The position numbers and the translations under genes are program-made. Positions 14,301 through 25,900 of a stretch of DNA of 64,000 nt are shown here, piece after piece. The notes under the pieces are model-generated. The model worked only from the letters and a program-made list of their open reading frames with translations, did not search any database and was not told the DNA's origin. Position 1 is the first letter of the stretch; each line of letters begins with the position of its first letter. This stretch comes from Chrysomallon squamiferum (taxonomy: Eukaryota; Animalia; Mollusca): the NCBI GenBank assembly GCA_012295275.1, contig CM022678.1, positions 14,632,001 to 14,696,000 of the forward strand, in the 5' to 3' direction.

Positions 14301-14856
14301 TATCTTCATTTCGTTCTCCTTCTCCTTCAAAGGGAGATGGTGTCTTACTTTTCTTCTCAGTACTTGCCTCCACAATACTCGGATCCTGCTGTGTCACCTG
14401 TTAATTTTATTAAGACTGATTAACCATTTTTTTTTCATTTTGTAATAAAATAAATAAATGGAAAAACACATATAATAATATAAATTGTTTAATACAAAAT
14501 ATAAACTGACAATTAGAAAGATACATGTCATTTAGTATGACTCTGATCAAAAATCATCATGAAATTAAAAAAAATGAATCTTACATTAACATAGTTTGAT
14601 TTCATTCTGTTCATCCGACCCTCCATTTGTCCCATGTCCTTTCGTGAAGGTGATCCACCCAGAACATATTCCACTATATTTACTCCAAGAGCACTTGGTT
14701 CTGAAAACAAATGTTGTATTTTTTGTTACCTTTAAACCAGATACTATTTCAGTTAAAAAGCTTATAGAAATCAATTTTGACATTAACAATTAAACAAAAA
14801 TCTGACACATTGAAATAACCTCAACCCCACCTTTAGTAACTAAATAATTCATAAAT

Positions 14857-14929
<73 letters not shown>

Positions 14930-17168
14930 AATATAATGCTTTGATTCAGCCAGATACTGCTAGGTGGAGTAAAAACTGAATAGTAAAGATTATTCTAATT
15001 ATTTAAAGTTTTTTAACTTAAAAGTAACATCAACAAACAGCAGAAAATTTACAGTTATGAAACATTTATAATTAAATAAGCAACTAAAAATGAATGTACA
15101 TAACTTTGCTAAAAGTACTAGATTTTATGTAAATTAATATATTATATTTTATTTTTATAAAAAAAAAATTATAAATCTTTCTGATAGTATAGCGTATTGA
15201 ACAGTGTTCTTGACACACTGTATAAATTGCATTTTAATACATTCATATTTTAACTATGATACAAAATATTTTATTATATGCTATAAAATGGCCTGCGTCT
15301 AATATGTAGGATGCAACATTTATTTTTTGTTATTTTATTAAAGATAGCATTTTATTAAAGTCATGCACACTTAAACTGTCAAAAAAGACCAACAATACCA
15401 ATGTAATTACAACTGTACCGAAATTTTATTTTTAAAACAATCATTTTATCTCAAGTATCCAGGCAAAGAAATTGGTACAACTTCAAATATTTATATTTAA
15501 AATGTAATATGCCCTACCTGACTTTGGAAATTCCTGGTAATGGCTCAAACTGCGGTACTTTCCTTGTGGTCCGGACCATGTGTCATCCCGTGTTGTCCAT
15601 GGATGGTTAGTAAATATACCAGGCTTATTTGAATCACCTCCTTTATTTGGATCATCTCCCACATCCCAGATTTTCTTAGATGTATTGATCTAAATGGGAT
15701 TAAAAAAGATAAAAATAGCAGTATTTTAAATAGTGTCCATTACACAATTAAAAACTGACAATACAAACTATTTTATTGATATAGATTCACAACTGCTAGC
15801 AGGACTTTCAAATAATAATTTTAAAATCATGAAACGCTTGTTTTAATTAACATAAAATCTGGGACACAATAATTGTAGTAATGTACCAAACTAGAAAAAA
15901 ATACTATATTTAATTTACAACAAGCAAAAATAATAATTTTGTCATGTTTTCAACATTTTAAAAATATTTTTGAATTGATATCAACAGCAATATAAATAAA
16001 GAGATAATTATTATTTTGCATTGTTTTGATAATCATTTATAATCAGTATTAATGATCTGCAAACATTAACTGGCTTTTTAATGTTCATGTGTTTATTCAT
16101 GTTTTTAAAAATCACATAATGTATGTCTGCATGTACTAATACTCAACTGCAACAAATATCAGAAAACATCTGAATCTATGACTCATTAGATTCTAATATT
16201 TGTGATCAGTATTCAAATCTGTGATGAGTCAGATCCAAATATGGCAAATAACAAACAATGTATAATACAAGATTTAAAACTAGATACAGATATATGAAAA
16301 ATTCAGTAAAGAATACGGTTTTTTTTTAATTTATCAAAAATGCATTAAAAAATTAAAAATGTAATAGAGCTAATTTTGTTTTAAATTAAAACTTTAATGG
16401 CTTTTGTTTCACAACATTTGCAATAGCACAGTTTTAATGATAAACATTAAACTGTCTCCTTCAAATGAGTGTAACAACTTAAAATATATCCCAGACAGAT
16501 TGACCTATATTCCACTAATTTCTTATTAGCTTTTCCAATTTTATTACATGTGAGACTTACTTCAAGATTTATCGGAACCATGACTTTTTATGACTAATAA
16601 TATGAAAAGATACTAAAAGGATAATCATATGGAAAAACATCAATATCAACACTACATCTGCCAATAATTACTTTTGTCTTTGTTTGCTGAAGACGTGAAT
16701 TTTTACTATTTCAAACAAAGATGGCTGACACTCACCTCTCTCGAAAGAGATAACGCTTGAAAATCCTTATCAAGTTCTTGCCCTGGTACATTTCTTTGCT
16801 GAAATTGATTTCAAAAAATTATTTAAGCACGTTGTGTGGTATAAATTATCCTACACGTTATTTTCGAAACTGTTAAAGAATAAATATATTGTACTATTAC
16901 ACAGGAAGTCGCACTTTTCATTATACAAACTTAATCAAATTTAATTTACCTGTTCTATGGCACTGTCATCACCAACTGCCCAACGTTTATTAGGATATGC
17001 ACCCATTAATTCTGTATCCGAATGAGGTCGTTGAAAGAAGTATTCTACCATTGCATCGTCTTGGGAACGAGTACCCGAAGTTTGTCGGGCACCCGCCATT
17101 TCTCTTGCATTTGTCAACATCCCTTGGTTGTTGTCCCAAGAAACCTCATTCATTCTTGGTACAGGCAT
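2476..17168 (-). CDS. PUM: Pumilio homolog (PUF RNA-binding translational repressor), 21 coding exons, ~1077 aa
   Basis: Coding exons in transcript order: 17168-16950, 16798-16736, 15689-15518, 14700-14585, 14397-14243, 13799-13535, 13016-12938, 11202-11119, 10482-10276, 9864-9727, 9361-9254 (alternative donor 9224), 8205-8053, 7271-7215, 6459-6277 (alternative donor 6286), 5757-5622, 5367-5233, 4848-4590, 4338-4201, 3990-3743, 3282-3199, 2710-2476. All introns are GT-AG and phases are consistent. N-terminal Pumilio motifs: [50 protein letters not shown]. An in-frame TAG lies upstream of the ATG at 17168. Confidence 0.97.
2840..2857 (-). CDS. Candidate alternative microexon (9 nt 2848-2840 or 18 nt 2857-2840) in the PUF repeat 7-8 loop
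   Basis: Minus strand reads cccttctcAG|tcaatctAG|ATTTGCCAG|GTATGT. Both acceptors give phase 2-2, frame-preserving, stop-free exons (NDG-FAS-ALYT or NDG-QSRFAS-ALYT). Confidence 0.5.
14859..14925. repeat. (AG)n microsatellite
   Basis: Uninterrupted AG run in a pumilio intron. Confidence 0.95.
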
Positions 17169-17229
17169 GGACTTTTCATTCTATCATTTAGCGCCAACCT
17201 AAATAACTGTCACCAAACAAATAAGCCAT
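17150..17229 (-). promoter_or_regulatory. Three chained uORFs in the pumilio 5' leader
   Basis: uORF 17229-17188 (MAYLFGDSYLGWR*), uORF 17187-17176 (MIE*) and uORF 17179-17150 (MKSPCLYQE*). All lie downstream of a candidate acceptor tttttaacAG at 17242-17241. Confidence 0.55.
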
Positions 17230-17279
17230 AAGTTAGCGTACTGTTAAAAACAATAAATTAGATGTCATTATAAACAAAC

Positions 17280-17560
17280 ACAAACATGGCGGAAAGCAGA
17301 CAGGAAGACGATTTAACAAAGCAAATTTGACCTATTTTTCTTTGGTAAAGCAAATAAATATATCGTGCACGAAAAAGACGAACATAGTAATTGTTTAATA
17401 ATTTTATTTATTAAAATCAACAATGTAAACTCAAACCTTGATTATGTTGGATTTAGGTCGACCTCATAACATGACGAACGACATTTTTTCCCCTGATTTT
17501 TCTCTCGAAATGCATTTTGGGTATGAATAGATTCCTGACTGATGTCATTTTGCGGGAAAT
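17280..17560. promoter_or_regulatory. Pumilio proximal promoter / 5' UTR region
   Basis: CpG-containing patch in an AT-rich background. YY1-like AACATGGCGG at 17283-17292, E2F-type GCGGGAAA at 17552-17559, and a candidate minus-strand donor CAAG|GTTTGA at 17437/17436. Confidence 0.45.
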
Positions 17561-17831
17561 TTGACGATAGAGTATTACATATGCATTTATTTTATAGGCC
17601 TTTGTTTTGTTATTTTTTAATATTAAATAACAGTAAACATGAACGGTATGATTTAATTTAATTATGATGGCCATGCTAGACAACCCTGTAAAATTAGCAA
17701 CACTTTATTTCTATAAACTCTTGCAAATAATGAAAGAATATTAGAAATTATTTAAACGCTTACAGTCGCCTTAAAACGCTTATAGAATATTTTAACAACC
17801 ATCAAGTTATTTATTTTTTATTATATTATTT

Positions 17832-17832
<1 letters not shown>

Positions 17833-17876
<44 letters not shown>

Positions 17877-18125
17877 TTGCGGTGGGTTTTCATTTTCGAT
17901 TTATATGTATATTAATGCTTAGGTCTCATTGAATGATTTAGAAATATCTTATTTTAAATTAAAAATAAACAAATAAATAAATAAATAATAACTATTATTA
18001 AAGAAACTGAATTTATTCAAGAATTTTTTAAAATATATTCCCTAAACTCAGTAATAAGAATAAAGTACAATACATGTGGTATGCTGTATTTCTTTTTTCT
18101 TTTCTTCATCTTCTTCTGATTTTTC

Positions 18126-18170
<45 letters not shown>

Positions 18171-18178
18171 AATGTAGA

Positions 18179-18229
<51 letters not shown>
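17833..18229. repeat. (TAA)n, poly-A and (AAT)n simple repeats
   Basis: TAA run at 17833-17873, A-run at 18130-18168, AAT run at 18179-18229. Confidence 0.9.
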
Positions 18230-18231
<2 letters not shown>

Positions 18232-18800
18232 AGGTTTATCCGGAAGTGTTTCGGATTTCGAATATTTCGGATTTGGGAATATAAGGAGATATCATGTCTA
18301 AATATGAATTACATTTATTTTTCATATACAGCTTATACAGAGAGTATGCAGTATTTTTTAATAATTTATTTTTAATAATTTGTGTGCATAAAATACGGTT
18401 TGTAAATGCAAAAAAATTAGTAATCATATCTTGCTACAACATCACTTCCGATATTTTTAAATATTGATGAAAGAGAAGTTTATCAAATATTTGATCAAAA
18501 AATCTTTCTGAAAACATCAGCAAAGTCATCGATGATTGGAAAAATCTTGGATGAGTCAAACAATCAAAATATATTCGCAGTATAGATATGCTTATTAACT
18601 ACTACTGGGTTTAATTTCAGTAAATTTGATGGTTGCTAACGATGATTTCTATAGTTGCGAAATCAGAGTCAACGCGGTCGCAAAGCCCGCGCTTATCAGA
18701 GGATCGATAATGACCAATTAGTTAGCTCACGTGACGTCAACGGCGCTTTCTGTTTGGCTCAGACAAATATTGTCGTACAGGCAAAATGACAGAAACGGAT
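18232..18800. promoter_or_regulatory. CpG-rich promoter/enhancer cluster with ETS, CCAAT and overlapping E-box/CRE motifs
   Basis: CCGGAAGT at 18240-18247, CACTTCCG at 18443-18450, CCAAT near 18714 and TCACGTGACGTCA at 18727-18739. CpG density is high over 18640-18800. Confidence 0.55.
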
Positions 18801-18912
18801 CCCACTTTGTCAGTAGATAATGAAGCAAAAATAACCACTAATTTTATTCCGATAAAAATTTGTAACTTTTTTCGTAACAACGCTGTCAAAGAGATCTTGG
18901 TTTCATTTTAAA

Positions 18913-18917
<5 letters not shown>

Positions 18918-18986
<69 letters not shown>
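18918..18986. repeat. (CT)n microsatellite
   Basis: Uninterrupted CT run. Confidence 0.95.
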
Positions 18987-18988
<2 letters not shown>

Positions 18989-19399
18989 CTGTATAATGTT
19001 TTAGGAAATTAATAATTTTGAAAATTTTGTCACACGCCTAAAGAAGGTAACACTGAAATTGAAACATTTGTTACAGTTTTGTTTTTCATATTTTAAGATA
19101 ATTTATGATTACTGTATTGTGCCATGCTCCAAATCTATAATAAGATTTAAGTTATAATAATAATAATAATAATAAATATTCACATTCAAAGAACTTCTTG
19201 AAAATGAATGTGAGACTTCAGACCGATGCTAACAAGAAGCAACTGGACTCAGGTATAAAATATATTTTTACATTAATTTATTATTTTCATCAACAAAAAA
19301 ATATTTAGAACAGTCGGTCTACTAGGATCACAAAGGACAGACATAAAAAAAAAAAAGCAACGAGTAAGAATATATATTTTTTGAATAAAACAGATTTTA

Positions 19400-21311
19400 T
19401 AGCGCCCGGAGCATTTTAATATCGGCACCTTACTTGACTGTTACAAAACTATCTTTTTCTTTTAATTCTTTTTCACAGTTTGATCCTATAACATTAATAA
19501 TGAATCAAATTCTCGACAATTTCACTCCAGTCAACGAAGTTTTACATTTTATTTTAAGATTTTACTTTGAAATATTTAAAAATAATAATAATCATAATAA
19601 AATATAATAATAATAACCTAAAAAAAATGATAGTAATTTATATTCATCCACACCTAGAACATAACATTGTCGTCTTCCTGGCCAGGCGGTAGCCTATCCC
19701 CCAGAAATACATAAACTATGTATAGGGTTTTAGTGCCCTGGCATCATAGCTGATAGTCATGGACATTCTATTTTTTTTCTAATTTCTTTATCATATTTTT
19801 GATGTCATATCATTATTAATTAACAATCAAATTCTTCACAATTTCTCTCCACTCAAGGAATTTTCAAATTTTATTTTATTTTAATCCCTTTTATTTATTA
19901 CTCTGACATTTTTTTCCCTTTATGTTTTGAAAATCCTAAATACATGGCTTGGTACCCTCCAGTAAATAGCGCCCTTGGGTGAATGTCCGAACAGTGGCGT
20001 GCAGAGCAGGGAGCCGATCAGAGAAAATAATTAATAAACGTGGTTGATTTATATTTAAATCGAATAAAGTGTTTATTGTTATGTGTTTACATATTCAAAA
20101 TATCTGCCTTTCTCATAACATTACTCAGCACTAGGACTTATACTTGAATCTTTGGGAAATACAATCGAGGAGTTCATCACCAAACCGCAGCACGCAGCTG
20201 TCCGTGTTACCGCTACCTTCATCCGGTCCTGACCATACTCAAGGAGGTGTTGTATTAGCTAGCACCTCACATAATAGTAACCAAACGGTGATAGTTTCTA
20301 TATCGCTACTGGTATTAATACCATATATATATATATATATATGTACATAATACTTCAGTTCAGAATGCACATTTTATTGACGTAAACTTGGATTAGTATA
20401 TTTCAAACGATACTTTTAAAATAACTTCGTATTATATATCAAAGGAATTTAGCCGAATTTGAAAATGGAATTTAAGGGAAATTGTAACATAAATAATTCA
20501 GAATAGGAAAACATCTTTATAAATATATAAATATAATATTTGAAATTTACATTCAATATAAAAATAATTGATTATCTTAAAAAAAAACGTAAAATAAAAA
20601 TTATCATGACAATACAAATAATTAATTATAAAAGCATCTAATTCACTGAGTAAGTTGTTCTTACACATTAGTATTTATCCTAAGCGGATGGCCGAAGTCA
20701 TAAACTTAAATGAGGTTTATTTCTTATTTGGGCCAAATAATTCGGATGGTTCCTAACTGGAAACGAATATTAATGCAAATGATTTCGGCTAACTTCGGTT
20801 TTAAATCTCTTATATATGACGTCATCAATACTTTTTTTTACTTAGCTACAGTCTAGAGTTATTTTAACTCGTTTCCTTGATTTTTTTTTTTTTTACTTCA
20901 TATATTGAATTGCATATTTCACAAATATTCTCTTAATTTATTTTAGATGCAGCTATACTAGCTACTAGGAATAAAATAATGTAATATTATACAATATGTA
21001 AACATTTTTCTTTGTCCTTGTAAAGGTGGAATTCTTTGGTTCTCTATCACGATCGTGGGTCCATGGGCTGCACCATCGTCCCGTGTGGTCGTAGTAGTGA
21101 TCGTGGAAGAGGCATATCGTGGCGGTTGACCTGAAGCGGAAAGCAGCTCAAACCATGAATTGGTAAAAATTCCTGATGAACAGAAAGACGATGAAAACTA
21201 TTCAAAGACGATGTCATTTAACAAACTTCATAAACATGTAAAACATACAAGTCATTTATGTCTACACAGTTTTTGTTTATAAATCTATATTGTAAAACTA
21301 TTAAGGACAGT

Positions 21312-21382
<71 letters not shown>

Positions 21383-21506
21383 ATAATAATAATAATAAAA
21401 CATTGATGATGACTTTTATTCGTTCCGAAGTCGCAGAATTGTCATCCGTGAATTGTCAACCGTGGGCGTTTTAATATCGGCACCTTAGATGACAGCCGCA
21501 GAAGAA

Positions 21507-21539
<33 letters not shown>

Positions 21540-22130
21540 CATTAAATAAGTTGTGCTTAAGAATTGGAATTTATCCTAAATCATGCTCGATGTCATAAAC
21601 GCAGATAATGTTGTTAGTTTATTTATTTATTTATTTTTTTTTTTCCGGCCAGACATTTCGGTTCCTAATTCAGTAATTGGAATCGAAGATTAATGCTAAT
21701 GACTTCGGCTAACTTTGGTTTTAAATTTCTTATATATGCTTCGTTAATACTTTGTTTACTTAGATACAGTTGGCGATATTTCTGATAAGCGGTCTGGAGA
21801 TATTTCTAAATCTACTTTGACGATTCTTTTTACTTAAAAAAAAAAATGGATTGTTTTATTTTTTATTTTCACAGTTTAACATTAAGAATTAACAATCAGA
21901 TTGTTGACAAGTTTGATTACTTGAAAATGTTTTCCCTTTGTTTTGAAAATCCTAAATACAAGAGGTGGTACCCTTTGCACGTGGCGCCCAGGCGTGAATG
22001 TCCGCGTTATCTCTATCTTCAACCGGTTCTGACAATGCTCGAAGATGTGTTACATTAGCATTTCATATATTACTAACTCTAAGTAACCAAATGGAAATAG
22101 TTTCTATATCGCTGTTGGCATTAATGCCAT
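19400..22130. repeat. Diverged, rearranged local duplication with GC-rich exon-like blocks (possible decayed gene or repeat remnant)
   Basis: Paired blocks: TTTTAATATCGGCACCTTA (~19414 / ~21469); TGTTTTGAAAATCCTAAATACA (~19923 / ~21939); TAGTTTCTATATCGCT (~20292 / ~22098); TTCGGCTAACTT.GGTTTTAAAT.TCTTATATATG (~20784 / ~21704). Confidence 0.75.
21312..21398. repeat. (TAC)n(TAA)n compound microsatellite
   Basis: Seen directly in the sequence. Confidence 0.95.
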
Positions 22131-22928
22131 AAACTGTCATATTTTAATTTTTTTTTATTTATTTTTTTATTATTTACTACAATTAATAATATATATACAT
22201 ACATATTGTTTTTTCATTTGTGAACTAAAACACGCAATAAGCCAACACCGAACAGAACAATGGAATTTGTTTTAGCCTACCGAAACTGCCACTATTTTAA
22301 TAAAAACTAATGAAACGGCATTGGGCGTAAAAAAAAAATAAAAAAAAAATAAAGAAAAAAAACATATATATATATATTTAAAAAAAATTATAAATGAAAA
22401 AATAAGAAGAAAAAAAAAAAAAAAAAAAAGAAGAAGAAAGAAATACTACACGTTATGAAAGTTTAGAAACAGCGTTGTAATTTTGTAACAAATCATCCCC
22501 AACCATCTCCGCGATAAGCTGTTTAACAGTGTTTATAGTCTGGTCCAGCTGAAAACAGTTCGCTGTTTTCATAAATCTTATTATTATTTTTGTTGTTATT
22601 GTTCTGTTGACAACTTTACAGAAGAAATATCTAGAAATAATTATCCAGATAAAGATATTTATTTCACAGCAAAGTATAGAATATTGTTAGAAGACGACAC
22701 ACGTATTTTCCTTGTAAGAAACCACGATTTCGCAGGTATCGCAGCGCAGTATAATTGGTTTACTGTTTTGTACCTTACGAACGAAAGAGTTTCATTTTAT
22801 TATTTCCGGTTATATACATATATCTTGATTTTAGTATTCATAGAATTAAAGAGTATTTTATTTTGGTTATATTGTAAATGATTCATGATAGTTTATTATT
22901 ATAATGTTATCATATCGTTTCGGTCATA

Positions 22929-25900
22929 ATGAATGAAGAGGTAATATTATTTTTAATAACCACAGTTTTTATTAAACGCGACCAGTCTTCACTTTATTAA
23001 CTAAATTCGCCGTTCGGTAAAGATACATTTTTTTTTTTTTTTGTTATTTATTAAGGTGCAAAAAGAATGGTTATACCATGACAAAATTTTAATTAGGTTA
23101 ATAGCTAACCGGTGAGATAACCACAAATTTTGGCCAGTCACCTTTGATAGTGTGACCATAACAGTGTTAAGAATCTCAGCAAGTCTCTTAGTCTGTCACA
23201 ATAAAATTAAAATATTTAAATAGAAAATTGTTTTGATTAATCTCAGTAATTCGACTGTCATTACATCCAAGAAACGTGATACTGAGCCCTTAATATTGTA
23301 ATATGCCCAAGATAAGTCAAAATCCCAATTGCATATTTGGTGCATATTTGGTTCATGTTTGTTGGTTATGTAATGAAAGAGCTTGTCCTTATGGTGTTTA
23401 TTTATTTAAATATTTATTTTTTATATTTATGGTATGAATATATTTATGTTTGTGAATAAACTTACAATGTGATAATATATAACCTTTTTTAATACTTTTT
23501 TCTTAATGTTATTTTTGCTTTTCATGGTCACATTTTTATTATTTTCCATTCTTTTTTCTTTTTCTTTTTTAAAGGTGAAAAGTGGAATTGTAAAGCTTTA
23601 TGATGGCTATGGCAAGTGTCAGCCTCTTAAAATCACGCTTTCAGTAGATTCTCTTCTGCTGCAAAAGGAGGAATGGATTTCTGTGCCACTGGAAGAGGAA
23701 GATGAAGCATTCCTTAACCTGGTAATGATGCTTAGTCCTAACATAAATTTATCTTGTTCTCAAAATATTACCCTGTATCCAGGTGTACTTTATAAATAAA
23801 TGTTCTAAAAATAAATAAAATGCTATTTCACGTGTTATGTTCTCAGCAGTCTGTGGTGTACTTTCTCCTCAGAAGGGAACAGACCACAAAAACCAAAATA
23901 ACAAAATTGTTATTCATAAAATATTAAAATAAATGTCTAACCACTTAATGCCAAGGTAATATACATATATACTAGATATTGTGATTGATTTGCAATATTT
24001 TACATGATTTAATTTTAAAATGTTGTTGTGTTTACAGATCAGAGAAGTGAACATTCATCGTGATGGCAATGCAAGTTTGGGTTTGTGTGTGAAGGGCGGG
24101 GCTGAACATCACTTACCTGTTCTTATCTCACGACTCATCAAAGATCAGGCTGCTGACAGGTGTGGTGAACTTCTTGTAGGTGATGCAGTATTGAAGGTAT
24201 GCTGCTAAATACTACAATTGCTACTGCTACAACAACAGCAATAATAATAACCATAGCAGGAATAATGATGATAACAACAACAACTAAAATAATAATAATA
24301 ACTATTATTATTATTATTTCTGAGCCATAAAATAAATAATATGTATTATATGAATATGTAAAGTTTTAAAATAATCTAATAAAAGTTTATATATATAATT
24401 CAATTTTAAAAGTTTTTTTAATGACAATTAAAAATTATATGTTTTTAGAAAATGTTATGTTTATCATAATTATTACACTGGATATATTTGAGGTGAATGG
24501 TGTCAACGTGGAGTCCTACACACATGACGAGGTTGTACAAGCGATGAAGAACACAGAGGGAGACTTAGTACAGCTCACAGTGAGACATTTCCGTCCAGCG
24601 TCTCACTTCTTAAACAAAAGTGTGTTTTAGAGTGATTTTGTGATTGATAAGTATTTACAATTTAAACAGTCTAAATATTTTTTGTAAATAGTTGTCATTG
24701 AGTATAATGTTCATGTCAGTATTGCAATATTTTTATAATTTTTATAAAAAGTATAGTGTTACAATGTGTGTGTTTTTGTGTGTGTGATAGAGAGTAAGAC
24801 TGAGGATCAGGTAAAGAGGATTTGAGTTACTGGAATTATTATCATAAATACACATATACATAAACCCCTTCACTGCCACATCTCTCACTATACACAATGT
24901 CTTTAAACTTTGTTGTAAAGTGTTTTATATGAAAAACATTAGAAATTAAAACTTTCAGAATGATAAATGTAATATAATTAGATTATAAAATGATAAAACT
25001 ATTTGTTTTAATTATGATTTATTTTTAAGATAATCAGCAAAGAGAGACATCATGTGAGGTATGTTGTCTTCTATCTAACTTCAGTCATAAAATTATTATA
25101 ATCTTTTTTAACCAATCCTCTGCATTTTATTATTTTAACCTATTTTTGATATCTCAGTTATAATAGTGAAAGAAATAATGGCTAATATATTAATAATCTT
25201 GAAAAATTTACAAAATTCATTTTTTTTTATATAGCATTAATATCTCTAAATTTTTTGTTTTGTTTAGGTAAGTGATGGAAATATGCCAAGTTTGCCATCA
25301 GTTGAATCACACTGGACAGCCATCATGTCCATCCCTCTACTGTATGCACGTCTGACACGATACTATCCTGGAACTGACAAACTCAGGTAAGTTCTTTTAA
25401 TTATTAAACAATGTTGTGGCAGCTTTGAATGTTCTAAGTTGTTGTGGTCTGTCTTCATTAGAATACTCTTAACTAGATTGTTTTAGTTCAGCAGCTATAA
25501 TAGCTAGAGTTAGTTGAGTATATTTCTATCTAAAGAAAAATTCTTATAACAGACTTTGCTGCTAATTTGTCTGCATATTTATGAATTAGTAAAAATAATA
25601 TTTTACACTTGACTCCTATAGTGACACAATATTTTATATTGTTTTATAAAAACTAAGGTAATGAAAAGATTATAAAAAGTAATGCAGTGAAAATCAATAT
25701 CTGTTGATATATCTTGTGGCTTATAATGTTTATCAGTTATTTGTATTTATTGTTTTCAGGAATGAGAACATTGTAGCAAAACTATTGCAGATGATCTATT
25801 TGTGTTTTTTCATGTAAAGTAATTACATTTGTTAACATTTAAAATGTGAACATATATTACATTGAAAGTCATTATGTTGTCAGATCATATAAATTAATTC

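Noticed and set aside
18074-18301. Poly-K/poly-N ORF (also 46991-47263 and poly-I/H 53114-53317)
   Set aside because: They are translations of poly-A and trinucleotide repeats.
20140-20260. Minus-strand IQHLLEYGQDRMKVAVTR resembles both a PUF repeat (IQHVLEHG) and SNRNP25 (LEYGQAMTVYVNR, 13-nt identity); another frame looks faintly like a C-type lectin
   Set aside because: The matches are short, preceded by stop codons and do not extend. Such matches are expected by chance in 64 kb.
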